Part shown: piece by piece, positions 18,999 through 27,778 of the stretch
Layout of the letters: every line of letters begins with the position of its first letter
How positions within the stretch are numbered: position 1 is the first letter of the stretch
DNA from: Deltaproteobacteria bacterium
GTDB taxonomy: Bacteria > Desulfobacterota > SM23-61
Length of the DNA stretch: 32,704 nt
NCBI GenBank assembly: GCA_026388915.1
Contig: JAPLIW010000750.1
Location: forward strand, 1-32,704
Direction of reading: 5' to 3'
Notes under the pieces: model-generated
Databases searched by the model: none
Told to the model about the DNA's origin: nothing
The model's input: only the letters and a program-made list of their open reading frames with translations
Position numbers and translations under genes: made by a program

Positions 18999-19763
18999 AT
19001 GATGAATTGGGAAATGATCCCGGCGAAGGGACCCGGATTTCTTGAAGTCGAGGCCTGGAAGGGGAAGAATAACAAAATTGCCCATGGATTTGGGAGGAAG
19101 AACCCGGGGGGGGAGAAAAACTCCCGCAAAGACTGGCATGGAAAGTCGGTCAACGCGGGGGAAGAAATTTTTCCTTTACTGTCCCTACGCCAGGTCCACG
19201 GAGATCGAGTCGTCCTCTTTGAGGAAAATGTGCAGAAGATCGAAGAAGTCTGGCGGCTAGAGGGGGATGCCCTCCTCACCCGTACCCCGGGGGTTGCCCT
19301 GGGGGTCTTCACCGCCGATTGCCTGCCGATTTTTCTCTATGATCCCATTCAGGGGGCGATCGGGATTGTCCATGCGGGCTGGCGGGGAACGGCCGGGGGA
19401 GTTGCCGGAAAAGCCGCGGAAAAAATGGGGGAAATTTTCCAGTCCAAAAATTCAAATATCCTGGCCGCGTTGGGACCTTGCATCGGTCCTTGCTGCTATG
19501 AGGTAGATGGACCGGTGAAAAATGCATTCGTCTCCGGAGGATTCCCGTGGGACCTGATTTCCCGCCCCCGGAGGGAGGGGAAATGGCTCCTGGACCTCTA
19601 CCGGGCCAACCTCTATCTTCTGGAAAGGTATGGAATTTCAAAAGAAAATATACAGGTCTTAAAAATTTGTACTTCCTGCCATGGGGATACTTTTTATTCT
19701 TACCGAAATGCCGATAAAACCGGAGGGAGACAGTTGAATTTCATTGCCCTGAGGAAGGAATAG
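18999..19763 (+). CDS. pgeF: Purine-nucleoside phosphorylase / peptidoglycan editing factor PgeF (YfiH, DUF152 laccase-domain) family
   Basis: Motifs QVHGDRVV, TADCLPIFLYD, HAGWRGT and GPCIGPCCYEV. It sits in the conserved position after rluD. The exact start is uncertain (18999, 19002 or 19017). Confidence 0.88.
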   Translation: MMNWEMIPAKGPGFLEVEAWKGKNNKIAHGFGRKNPGGEKNSRKDWHGKSVNAGEEIFPLLSLRQVHGDRVVLFEENVQKIEEVWRLEGDALLTRTPGVALGVFTADCLPIFLYDPIQGAIGIVHAGWRGTAGGVAGKAAEKMGEIFQSKNSNILAALGPCIGPCCYEVDGPVKNAFVSGGFPWDLISRPRREGKWLLDLYRANLYLLERYGISKENIQVLKICTSCHGDTFYSYRNADKTGGRQLNFIALRKE

Positions 19764-19830
19764 GCGGGGGCCCCCGATGGGTCGCGGGGCGGGGAAAGCC
19801 CATAACCCCAGAAAAGCTCCAAAATTTTGC

Positions 19831-19859
19831 TTGACAAAGGCTTACGCTGTTCTTAAAAT
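19831..19859 (+). promoter_or_regulatory. Sigma70-like promoter candidate for rho (TTGACA, 17 nt, TAAAAT)
   Basis: TTGACA at 19831-19836, an exact 17-nt spacer, then TAAAAT at 19854-19859. This implies a leader of about 300 nt before the rho ATG at 20163. Confidence 0.5.
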
Positions 19860-20162
19860 AAGTGAGTAAAATCCTTCCACAGGGATTGGCCAAAAAATCT
19901 GCCTTGAAATCTGATCCAGCGAAGTCCTTTCTGAGAATCCGAATAAGGTTCTCATGCTCAGCTTAGGATTCAGTAGATTTTAATGTAAAGCGGTGGTGTG
20001 AAAATCGATCAGGCCTTTAAGACCGTAGACTTTTCCCCCTCCCAGTACAAGGACCCGAAAAGAAATCCACAAATGGATCAATCTGGAAGAGTCTCTCTCA
20101 CCACTTCACCGTGATACCGGCCGGCAATTTTTTAAAATTACAATTATTTTTGAGGAGTACAA

Positions 20163-21413
20163 ATGAATATTGTTGAGCTGAAAGAAAAAAAGATCAATGA
20201 GCTGAACAAATTGGCCAGGCAGCTCAACGTCGAAGGGTCCAGCGGGATGCGCAAGCAGGATCTCATCTTTGCCATCTTGCAGGCCCAGACCGAGAAGAAC
20301 GGCCTGATCTACGGCGAAGGGGTTCTGGAGACCCTGCCCGACGGGTTCGGCTTTCTCCGTTCCCCCGACTTCAACTACCTTCCCGGCCCCGACGACATCT
20401 ACGTCTCGCCCTCCCAGATCCGCCGATTCAACCTGCGCACCGGAGACACCATCGCCGGACAGATCCGGCCCCCCAAAGAAGGGGAGCGCTACTTCGCCCT
20501 CCTGAAGGTTGAGGCGGTCAACTTCGAGGAGCCCGACCTGGCCAGAGAGAAGATCCTCTTCGACAACCTCACCCCCCTCTACCCCAATTCCCGCCTCAGC
20601 CTGGAAGTTCCGGGAGAGGACAACAAATCCATGCGGGTCATGGACCTGCTGACTCCCATCGGGAAAGGCCAGCGCGGATTGATCGTCAGCCCTCCGCGGG
20701 CCGGCAAGACCATGATCCTCCAGTCCATCGCCAACAGCGTGGCCCAGAACCACAAAGATACGGTCCTGATTGTTCTGCTGATTGACGAGCGGCCGGAAGA
20801 GGTCACGGACATGCAGCGTTCCGTCCATGGAGAGGTGATCAGTTCCACCTTCGACGAGCCCGCCCAGCGCCACGTCCAGGTGGCCGAGATGGTGTTGGAG
20901 AAAGCCAAACGGCTGATCGAGCATCAGAAAGACGTGATTATTCTCCTGGACAGCATCACCCGTCTGGCGCGGGCCTACAATACGGTCATCCCTCCCAGCG
21001 GAAAGATCCTTTCGGGCGGGGTGGATTCCAACGCCCTGCACAAGCCCAAACGGTTCTTCGGCGCCGCCCGGAACGTGGAGGAGGGAGGGAGCCTGACCAT
21101 CATTGCCACCGCCCTGGTTGATACCGGCAGCCGGATGGACGAGGTAATCTTCGAGGAGTTCAAAGGCACGGGCAACATGGAGATTGTCCTGGACCGCAAG
21201 CTGGCGGACCGGCGGATCTTCCCGGCCATCGATATCAATAAGTCGGGAACCCGGAAGGAAGACCTTCTTCTGAGCTCCTTGGAGCTCAACCGGGTGTGGA
21301 TTTTACGGAAGCTTCTCCAGCCGTTGAATTCCATCGATGCCATGGAGTTCCTGCTGGATAAGATGAAAGGAACGAAAGACAATAAAGAGTTCCTGGATTC
21401 CATGAGCAAGTAG
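20163..21413 (+). CDS. rho: Transcription termination factor Rho
   Basis: 416 aa. N-terminal [26 protein letters not shown]-binding domain GFGFLR, Walker A PPRAGKTM, and full-length resemblance. Confidence 0.97.
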   Translation: MNIVELKEKKINELNKLARQLNVEGSSGMRKQDLIFAILQAQTEKNGLIYGEGVLETLPDGFGFLRSPDFNYLPGPDDIYVSPSQIRRFNLRTGDTIAGQIRPPKEGERYFALLKVEAVNFEEPDLAREKILFDNLTPLYPNSRLSLEVPGEDNKSMRVMDLLTPIGKGQRGLIVSPPRAGKTMILQSIANSVAQNHKDTVLIVLLIDERPEEVTDMQRSVHGEVISSTFDEPAQRHVQVAEMVLEKAKRLIEHQKDVIILLDSITRLARAYNTVIPPSGKILSGGVDSNALHKPKRFFGAARNVEEGGSLTIIATALVDTGSRMDEVIFEEFKGTGNMEIVLDRKLADRRIFPAIDINKSGTRKEDLLLSSLELNRVWILRKLLQPLNSIDAMEFLLDKMKGTKDNKEFLDSMSK

Positions 21414-21493
21414 AAAAGCAGCGGTCCGCAAGCAGCTAAAGGCAAGGATATCATGGGTTCTATTTTTGCAGATCGCTTTTTAGGGAGGACTCA

Positions 21494-21709
21494 ATGAAGA
21501 AGGATATTCATCCCAAGTTTGTAGCGTCGATCATCAAATGCGCCTGTGGGAACGAGATCCGGACGCAGTCGAATCGGAAGGAAATCTCGGTGGAAATATG
21601 CTCCAAGTGCCATCCCTTTTTCACCGGGAAGCAGAAACTGATCGACTCGGCCGGACGGGTGGAGCGCTTCCAGAAGAAATACGGCCTGAAGAGCCAGAAG
21701 TCTGCCTAG
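21494..21709 (+). CDS. rpmE: 50S ribosomal protein L31 (Zn-binding type)
   Basis: 71 aa. MKKDIHPKF, CxC...CxxC cysteines (CACGNE...[10 protein letters not shown]) and [10 protein letters not shown]. Confidence 0.95.
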   Translation: MKKDIHPKFVASIIKCACGNEIRTQSNRKEISVEICSKCHPFFTGKQKLIDSAGRVERFQKKYGLKSQKSA

Positions 21710-21898
21710 GCGTCATAGCGGTGGAAGGGGCCGAGGCTTCCGGGATTCAAGGAGGCGGGAGAAGAAAGCTGGATTCTCCGCCTTGGCCCCCGGATCCCTT
21801 GGCCCCCTTTTTTATTTCGGGTCGGATGCACCGGGAGGGGCATCGGGCCCCGGTAAATTGAAGGGGGACGGGGCTTTTTTCTCCCCGGCTTTGGTATT

Positions 21899-22837
21899 AT
21901 GTCCAAGATTGCTGTCGGAGGACAGGCCGTCATCGAAGGCGTGATGATGCGGGCTCCCAACGCCCTGGCCATTGCGGTGCGCAGGCCCAATGGTGAAGTG
22001 GTGGTGAAGGAAGACGTATGGCGGTCCCTGTCCAACCGGTTCAAATTCCTGAAATGGCCGCTGATCCGGGGTTCGGTGGTTTTGATCGAAACCCTGATCA
22101 ACGGCCTCCAGGCCCTTTCTTTTTCCGCCAATCAGGCGCTGGAAGAGGGGAAGGGGGAGGATAAGCTCAGCTCCTGGGCCATCGGCTCGGTCATGGCCCT
22201 GGCCTTCGGGATCGGGATTCTCTTCTTCGTCGTCCTTCCCCACTATCTGACCGGCTTCCTGGGTGATTTTTTTGGGCGGGAGCTGGGCGTGGAGAGCGTT
22301 CTCTTCCATCTGATCGATGGTCTGATCAAGGTCCTCTTTTTAGTCGGCTATATATACCTGATCTCGCTCATGAAGGACATCCAGAGGATTTTTCAGTATC
22401 ACGGAGCCGAGCATAAATGCATCTTTGCCTATGAGGCGGGAGAGGAACTGACCGTGGCCAATGCCCGCAAGTACTCCACGCTCCACCCCCGGTGCGGGAC
22501 GGCCTTCCTGCTGATCGTGGTCATCGTCAGCATTTTTCTTTTTTCCGCCATCTTTCCTTTTCTGCCCAAGTTTCCGTCTTTGGGGAAGGCGCTTACCAAC
22601 CTGATTTATGTGGGCATCAAGCTTCCGCTCCTTTTTCCCATAGCCGGGCTGGCCTATGAGGTGATCAAGCTCAGCGGGAAGAAAGCCGATCATCCCCTCC
22701 TGAAATGGATCATCGCCCCCGGCCTCTGGCTGCAGCGCTTGACCACCCGCCCGCCGGCCGATGACCAGATCGAAATCGCCCTGCGGGCCCTCCAGGGAGC
22801 CCTGCGGATCGAAACCGGCCAGAAGACAGTTCTTTAA
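21899..22837 (+). CDS. DUF1385-family membrane protein (YqhQ-like)
   Basis: 312 aa. N-terminal VGGQAVIEGVMMR, several TM helices and the YHGAEHK motif. The rpmE-DUF1385-prfA-prmC gene order is recurrent. Confidence 0.85.
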   Translation: MSKIAVGGQAVIEGVMMRAPNALAIAVRRPNGEVVVKEDVWRSLSNRFKFLKWPLIRGSVVLIETLINGLQALSFSANQALEEGKGEDKLSSWAIGSVMALAFGIGILFFVVLPHYLTGFLGDFFGRELGVESVLFHLIDGLIKVLFLVGYIYLISLMKDIQRIFQYHGAEHKCIFAYEAGEELTVANARKYSTLHPRCGTAFLLIVVIVSIFLFSAIFPFLPKFPSLGKALTNLIYVGIKLPLLFPIAGLAYEVIKLSGKKADHPLLKWIIAPGLWLQRLTTRPPADDQIEIALRALQGALRIETGQKTVL

Positions 22838-22847
22838 AGAATGAATT

Positions 22848-22879
22848 GGACACAGATGAACACAGATAAACACAGATAA
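22848..22879 (+). repeat. Decamer-array arm, forward (GGACACAGAT GAACACAGAT AAACACAGAT AA)
   Basis: Three 10-bp units starting 11 nt after the DUF1385 stop. Confidence 0.9.
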
Positions 22880-22925
22880 AAGAAAGCGACGGAAACCACA
22901 ATTATTTTCCTTTTTTTCCCATGCC

Positions 22926-22958
22926 TTATCTGTGTTCATCTGTGTTTATCTGTGTCCC
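22926..22958 (-). repeat. Decamer-array arm, reverse (TTATCTGTGTTCATCTGTGTTTATCTGTGTCCC)
   Basis: Inverted partner of 22848-22879 with a 46-nt spacer. It is identical to the 33-mer at 25078-25110 and ends 15 nt before the prfA ATG. Confidence 0.9.
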
Positions 22959-22973
22959 ATTAATTTTGAATTT

Positions 22974-24038
22974 ATGTTCCAGAAATTAGACCAGGTTGAA
23001 AAACGATTCCAGGAGATCGAACAGCTCCTGGCGGATCCCAAGACCCTGGGCAATCCCAAGGAGATGCAGAAGCTTGCCCGGGAGAGGGCAGAAATCTCCA
23101 AGTGGGTGGAGACCTACCAGGCTTACAAGAAGGTAAAGGAGGAGATCCAGCAGAGCCAGGAGTTGCTCCAGGAATCCGATGAGGAGCTGCGGGACTTGGC
23201 CAAGGCCGAGCTTCAGACGCTGAAGGAGCGCTTGGCCAGCCTCGAAGAAGAGCTCAAGATCCTCCTTCTGCCCAGGGACCCGCGGGACGAGAAGAACATC
23301 TTTCTGGAGATCCGCGCGGGAACGGGCGGAGAAGAGGCGGCTCTCTTTGCCGCCACCCTTTTCCGGATGTATGCCAAGTATGCGGAAAAGAAACGATGGC
23401 GGGTGGAGGTGATGAGTGAAAACCCCACGGGCCTCGGAGGGTTCAAAGAGATCATTGCCCTGGTGGAAGGCAAACGCGTGTTCAGCGTCCTGAAGCACGA
23501 GAGCGGCGTGCACCGTGTTCAGCGGGTCCCCGTGACCGAGGCCTCGGGCCGGATCCACACCTCCGCCGTGACCGTGGCCGTGCTTCCGGAGGCCGATGAA
23601 GTGGAAGTGGAGATCAACCCCAACGATTTGCGCATCGACGTCTACCGGTCCTCGGGCCCCGGAGGACAGAGCGTGAACACGACGGATTCGGCGGTGCGCG
23701 TGACCCACATCCCTACCGGAATGGTGGTGACCTGCCAGGATGAAAAGTCCCAGCATAAAAACAAGGCCAAAGCGCTGAAGGTCCTCCGCGCGCGCCTGCT
23801 GGACAAGTTGACGGAAGAGCAGCAGACCGAAATATCGGAACAACGAAAGAGTCAGGTGGGGTCCGGAGACCGGAGCGAACGCGTGCGGACCTATAATTTC
23901 CCCCAGAATCGGATCACCGATCATCGCATCAATCTCACCCTATACCGCCTGGACGGCGTTCTGGATGGGGACCTGGATGAAATGACCCATGCCCTGACTG
24001 CTCATTTCCAGGCCGAGGCGCTCAAATCCGGGCAGTGA
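22974..24038 (+). CDS. prfA: Peptide chain release factor 1
   Basis: The ATG at 22974 gives [22 protein letters not shown]. PxT-type domain, and the GGQ motif [11 protein letters not shown]. The track start at 22932 would translate the repeat arm ([10 protein letters not shown]). Confidence 0.96.
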   Translation: MFQKLDQVEKRFQEIEQLLADPKTLGNPKEMQKLARERAEISKWVETYQAYKKVKEEIQQSQELLQESDEELRDLAKAELQTLKERLASLEEELKILLLPRDPRDEKNIFLEIRAGTGGEEAALFAATLFRMYAKYAEKKRWRVEVMSENPTGLGGFKEIIALVEGKRVFSVLKHESGVHRVQRVPVTEASGRIHTSAVTVAVLPEADEVEVEINPNDLRIDVYRSSGPGGQSVNTTDSAVRVTHIPTGMVVTCQDEKSQHKNKAKALKVLRARLLDKLTEEQQTEISEQRKSQVGSGDRSERVRTYNFPQNRITDHRINLTLYRLDGVLDGDLDEMTHALTAHFQAEALKSGQ

Positions 24039-24048
24039 GGGGGATCCT

Positions 24049-24966
24049 TTGGGCCAGACCGAATGGACCATCCTGGCGCTCATCCGCTGGGCCGATGAGC
24101 GCTTTAAAAAAGAAGGTATGGCCACTCCCCGCCTCGATGCCGAAGTCCTTCTGGCCGAAACGCTGGCCACCGACCGGGTCGCCCTTTACACCCACTTCGA
24201 CCAGCCCCTGCAACCGGATGAATTGGCCCGGTTCAAAGAGCTCATCCGGAGGCGCCTCCGCCGAGAGCCGGTGGCTTACATCCTCGGGAAGAGAGAGTTC
24301 TGGTCCCTCCCCCTCCGCGTCACCCCGGATGTCTTGATCCCCCGTCCGGAAACGGAAACCCTGGTGGCCGAAGCGCTGAAAATACTGACTCCCGCAGAAG
24401 GAAAGGATTTCCACATTCTGGAAATCGGAACCGGCAGCGGCGCGATCAGTATCGCCCTGGCCAGGGAATTACCCGCAACCAAGGTGGTGGCCACCGACCT
24501 GTCCCCCAAAGCCCTTGCCGTGGCCGAGGAAAACGCCCTGCGGAGCGGAGTCCGGGAACGGATTCGGTTCTTGCAGGGGGACCTGTTTCATCCGCTGGAA
24601 AAGGGAGAGACCTTCAACCTGATCGTGACCAACCCGCCTTACATCCCGCGGGGACAGTTTCCTTCGCTCCTGCCGGAAGTTCGAGATTATGAACCCAAAG
24701 TCGCCCTTGACGGAGGGAAGGATGGACTGGATTTCTTCCGGCGGGTTTTGCCCGCAGTGGATGAATATTTGCTCCCGGGGGGTTGGTTCCTGGCCGAAAT
24801 GGGCGCCGGGCAGGATCCGCAGATTTTAAAGATCGCCGAAAAAAACCCGGACCTGGACTCTTTCACTTTCGCCAAAGACCTGGGCGGCATCAACCGCGTC
24901 TTCAAAGCCCGAAAGAGAGTAAAAGATTTTCATGGGACACAGATGAACACAGATGAACACAGATAA
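24049..24966 (+). CDS. prmC: Release-factor glutamine N5-methyltransferase PrmC (HemK)
   Basis: SAM motif ILEIGTGSGAISIALA and catalytic TNPPYIP. TTG start. The last ~11 codons (GTQMNTDEHR) are read from the decamer repeat arm. Confidence 0.9.
   Translation: MGQTEWTILALIRWADERFKKEGMATPRLDAEVLLAETLATDRVALYTHFDQPLQPDELARFKELIRRRLRREPVAYILGKREFWSLPLRVTPDVLIPRPETETLVAEALKILTPAEGKDFHILEIGTGSGAISIALARELPATKVVATDLSPKALAVAEENALRSGVRERIRFLQGDLFHPLEKGETFNLIVTNPPYIPRGQFPSLLPEVRDYEPKVALDGGKDGLDFFRRVLPAVDEYLLPGGWFLAEMGAGQDPQILKIAEKNPDLDSFTFAKDLGGINRVFKARKRVKDFHGTQMNTDEHR
24935..24966 (+). repeat. Decamer-array arm, forward (GGACACAGAT GAACACAGAT GAACACAGAT AA)
   Basis: Three 10-bp units overlapping the 3' end and stop codon of prmC. 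Confidence 0.9.
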
Positions 24967-25077
24967 TAAATATTGTAGGGGGGCTCACGCCCTTGTCGTG
25001 ATGCCTTCCTAAAATTGGGCTGAATCTTTATGCCATTCTGTGGTAAATTCTTTCCAAAGAAAGGTCGATTTGATGAT

Positions 25078-25110
25078 TTATCTGTGTTCATCTGTGTTTA
25101 TCTGTGTCCC
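25078..25110 (-). repeat. Decamer-array arm, reverse (TTATCTGTGTTCATCTGTGTTTATCTGTGTCCC)
   Basis: Inverted partner of 24935-24966 with a 111-nt spacer. It ends 23 nt before the murA ATG. Confidence 0.9.
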
Positions 25111-25133
25111 AATCGTTTATAGGAAGTCGCCCC

Positions 25134-26387
25134 ATGGAAAAAATGATCATTGAAGGGGGATACCGTCTGGTGGGGGAGGTCCCGGTGAGCGGGGCCAAGA
25201 ACGCCGCTCTTCCGCTCTTCGCGGCTTCCTTGCTGGTAGAGGATGCGATTACCCTCCGGAATGTTCCGGCTCTGGCCGACATCCGGACCGTCGCCCGGCT
25301 TCTTCGCCTGATGGGGGTCAAGACCGAAGGGGACAGCGGGACGGTCCGGCTGAACGCCTCCGGGGTTCACTCTTTCGAGGCGCCGTACAACCTGGTCAAG
25401 ACCATGCGCGCTTCGGTTTTAGTCCTTGGACCCCTGGTGGCCAAGTGGAAACGGGCCCGAGTTTCCCTGCCGGGGGGGTGCGCCATCGGTGCCCGGCCCA
25501 TTAACCTCCACCTCAAGGGCCTGGAAGCCATGGGGGCCAAGGTGGAGTTGAAACATGGATATGTAGAGGCCTCGGCCGACCGGCTGAAGGGGGCCGAAAT
25601 CTATTTCGACATCTCCACGGTGACCGGAACCGAAAATCTCATGATGGCGGCAGCCCTGGCGGACGGAAGGACGGTTTTAAAGAATGCGGCCCGGGAGCCG
25701 GAGGTCGTGGAACTAGCCCAGGCGTTGAAAAAAATGGGAGCCAGGATCGAAGGGGCCGGGGCGGATGTGATGGTGATCGACGGGGTAAAGGAACTTCGCC
25801 CCATCGAGTATCCCATCATGCCCGACCGGATCGAGGCCGGGACCTTCATGGTGGCCGCCGGTATCACCCAGGGGAACGTAAAGCTCTTGAACTGCAATAT
25901 CGGCCATATGGAGGCCGTGGTGGCCAAGCTGAAAGAAGCGGGCCTGGAGATATTCCCGGAAGGGGGCGGGGTGAAAGTCATCGGACCGGTGAATATCAAG
26001 CCCGTGGACGTGAAGACCCTTCCTTACCCCGGTTTTCCCACCGACATGCAGGCCCAGATCATGGCCCTCATATGCCTGGCCAACGGCCTTTCGGTGATTA
26101 CCGAAACCGTTTTCGAGAACCGTTTCATGCATGTGAGCGAGATGCGGCGGATGGGGGCCGATATCCGCGTGGAGGGGAAGAATGCCATTGTGCGGGGCCT
26201 TGCCCATCTCACCGGAGCTCCGGTCATGGCCACCGATTTGCGAGCCAGCGCCTCCCTGGCTCTGGCCGGGCTGGCGGCGGAGGGGACCACGGAGGTTTCC
26301 CGCATCTACCATCTGGACCGCGGATATGAGAAACTGGATCAAAAATTGACCAAACTCGGCGCTAAAATTCGAAGGGTTCAAGAATAA
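25134..26387 (+). CDS. murA: UDP-N-acetylglucosamine 1-carboxyvinyltransferase
   Basis: The ATG at 25134 gives [27 protein letters not shown]. Active-site Cys loop [11 protein letters not shown]. 417 aa. The track start at 25104 lies in the repeat. Confidence 0.96.
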   Translation: MEKMIIEGGYRLVGEVPVSGAKNAALPLFAASLLVEDAITLRNVPALADIRTVARLLRLMGVKTEGDSGTVRLNASGVHSFEAPYNLVKTMRASVLVLGPLVAKWKRARVSLPGGCAIGARPINLHLKGLEAMGAKVELKHGYVEASADRLKGAEIYFDISTVTGTENLMMAAALADGRTVLKNAAREPEVVELAQALKKMGARIEGAGADVMVIDGVKELRPIEYPIMPDRIEAGTFMVAAGITQGNVKLLNCNIGHMEAVVAKLKEAGLEIFPEGGGVKVIGPVNIKPVDVKTLPYPGFPTDMQAQIMALICLANGLSVITETVFENRFMHVSEMRRMGADIRVEGKNAIVRGLAHLTGAPVMATDLRASASLALAGLAAEGTTEVSRIYHLDRGYEKLDQKLTKLGAKIRRVQE

Positions 26388-26391
26388 GACC

Positions 26392-27708
26392 ATGAGACTG
26401 CTGGTTTCGGGAAAAAGAGATTTCTCCCGGTTTCTAAAAAGTCTCTCCCGGCGGGGAGAGTCGGGCTTTACGCAAGTGGAAGGTCCGGTCAGGAAAATTC
26501 TGGGAGAAGTGAAAAAAGGAGGGGATGCGGCCCTTTTCCGACTCACCCGCAAATACGACGGGTGGCCGCCTTCGTCAAGGAGCATCAGGGTCACATCCCG
26601 GGAAATCCGAAAGGCGCGCAAGGCCCTCTCCCGAGAAGAGAGGGAGACCCTGGAATTCGCTGCCGGGCGGATCGAAAGGTTTCACTCCCTCCAGCTTCAA
26701 AAATCCTGGTCCTTCGCCGAAGAGGATGGAACGATCCTGGGGCAGATCGTCCGGCCCATAGAGCGAGTGGGAATCTATGTCCCTGGCGGGAAGGCGGCCT
26801 ATCCTTCCAGCGTGCTGATGAACGCCATTCCGGCGAGGGTGGCCGGAGTCCGGGAAATCCTTATGACCTGCCCGGCGCCCCAAGGACATTTGAACCCCGC
26901 CGTCCTGGCTGCGGCGCACATCGCCGGAGTGGATGCGATTTTCAAAGTCGGAGGAGCGCAGGCCATCGGCGCCATGGCCTACGGGACGAAGACCATCCCC
27001 AAGGTCGATAAGATTGTCGGGCCTGGGAATATCTACTTGGCCGCGGCCAAACGGCTGGTCTTCGGCGAGGTATCCATCGACTCCATCGCCGGCCCGAGCG
27101 AAATTCTCGTTATTTCGGATGGAAGCGGAGAGCCCTCTTTCCTGGCCGCTGACCTGATCTCCCAGGCCGAGCACGACGAGCAGGCCGCGGCCATCCTGCT
27201 TTGCACTTCAAGAAAGGTTGCCGAAGAAGTCCGCCGGGAAGTTCAGAAACAACTGGCCGATCTTCCCCGGAGAAGGATTGCTGAGCGGTCACTCAAGAGC
27301 TTTGGCGCCTTCCTGATCGTCAAAAGCCTGGCGGAAGCGGCCCGGATCGCCAATGAACTCGCTCCCGAGCATTTGGAGCTGGCCGTAAAGGATCCATGGG
27401 ATCTTCTACCGAGAATTGAAAATGCGGGAGCGATCTTCCTGGGCCAGCTATCCCCCGAGCCCATCGGCGACTATGTGGCCGGCCCCAACCATGTTTTGCC
27501 CACCGGCAGAACGGCCCGGTTTTCTTCCCCCCTGGGAGTTTACGATTTCCTCAAACGGTCCAGCCTCATCTGCCTTTCACCCGATGGCCTGAAAAGGCTT
27601 TCCCCTCCGGCCATGCATCTGGCCCGGATGGAAAAAATGGAAGGCCACCGGCGGTCGATCGAGAAGCGTCAACTCGGCCATAATCCCCGGAACCATCCCG
27701 GGGAATAA
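26392..27708 (+). CDS. hisD: Histidinol dehydrogenase
   Basis: 438 aa. Typical motifs GIYVPGGKAAYPSSVLM, IAGPSEILVISD, QAEHDE and GDYVAGPNHVLPT. Confidence 0.94.
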   Translation: MRLLVSGKRDFSRFLKSLSRRGESGFTQVEGPVRKILGEVKKGGDAALFRLTRKYDGWPPSSRSIRVTSREIRKARKALSREERETLEFAAGRIERFHSLQLQKSWSFAEEDGTILGQIVRPIERVGIYVPGGKAAYPSSVLMNAIPARVAGVREILMTCPAPQGHLNPAVLAAAHIAGVDAIFKVGGAQAIGAMAYGTKTIPKVDKIVGPGNIYLAAAKRLVFGEVSIDSIAGPSEILVISDGSGEPSFLAADLISQAEHDEQAAAILLCTSRKVAEEVRREVQKQLADLPRRRIAERSLKSFGAFLIVKSLAEAARIANELAPEHLELAVKDPWDLLPRIENAGAIFLGQLSPEPIGDYVAGPNHVLPTGRTARFSSPLGVYDFLKRSSLICLSPDGLKRLSPPAMHLARMEKMEGHRRSIEKRQLGHNPRNHPGE

Positions 27709-27778
27709 AGCCCATTTTCCGTTGCTGCCCCCTGCTTATTTTTCCAGCGAGAACCTTGAGCAGCAACGAGGAGAAATA

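Noticed and set aside
22848-22958. The decamer and nonamer arrays considered as a CRISPR array.
   Set aside because: The units are only 9-10 bp, are directly contiguous with no spacers, occur as inverted pairs, and have no cas genes nearby.
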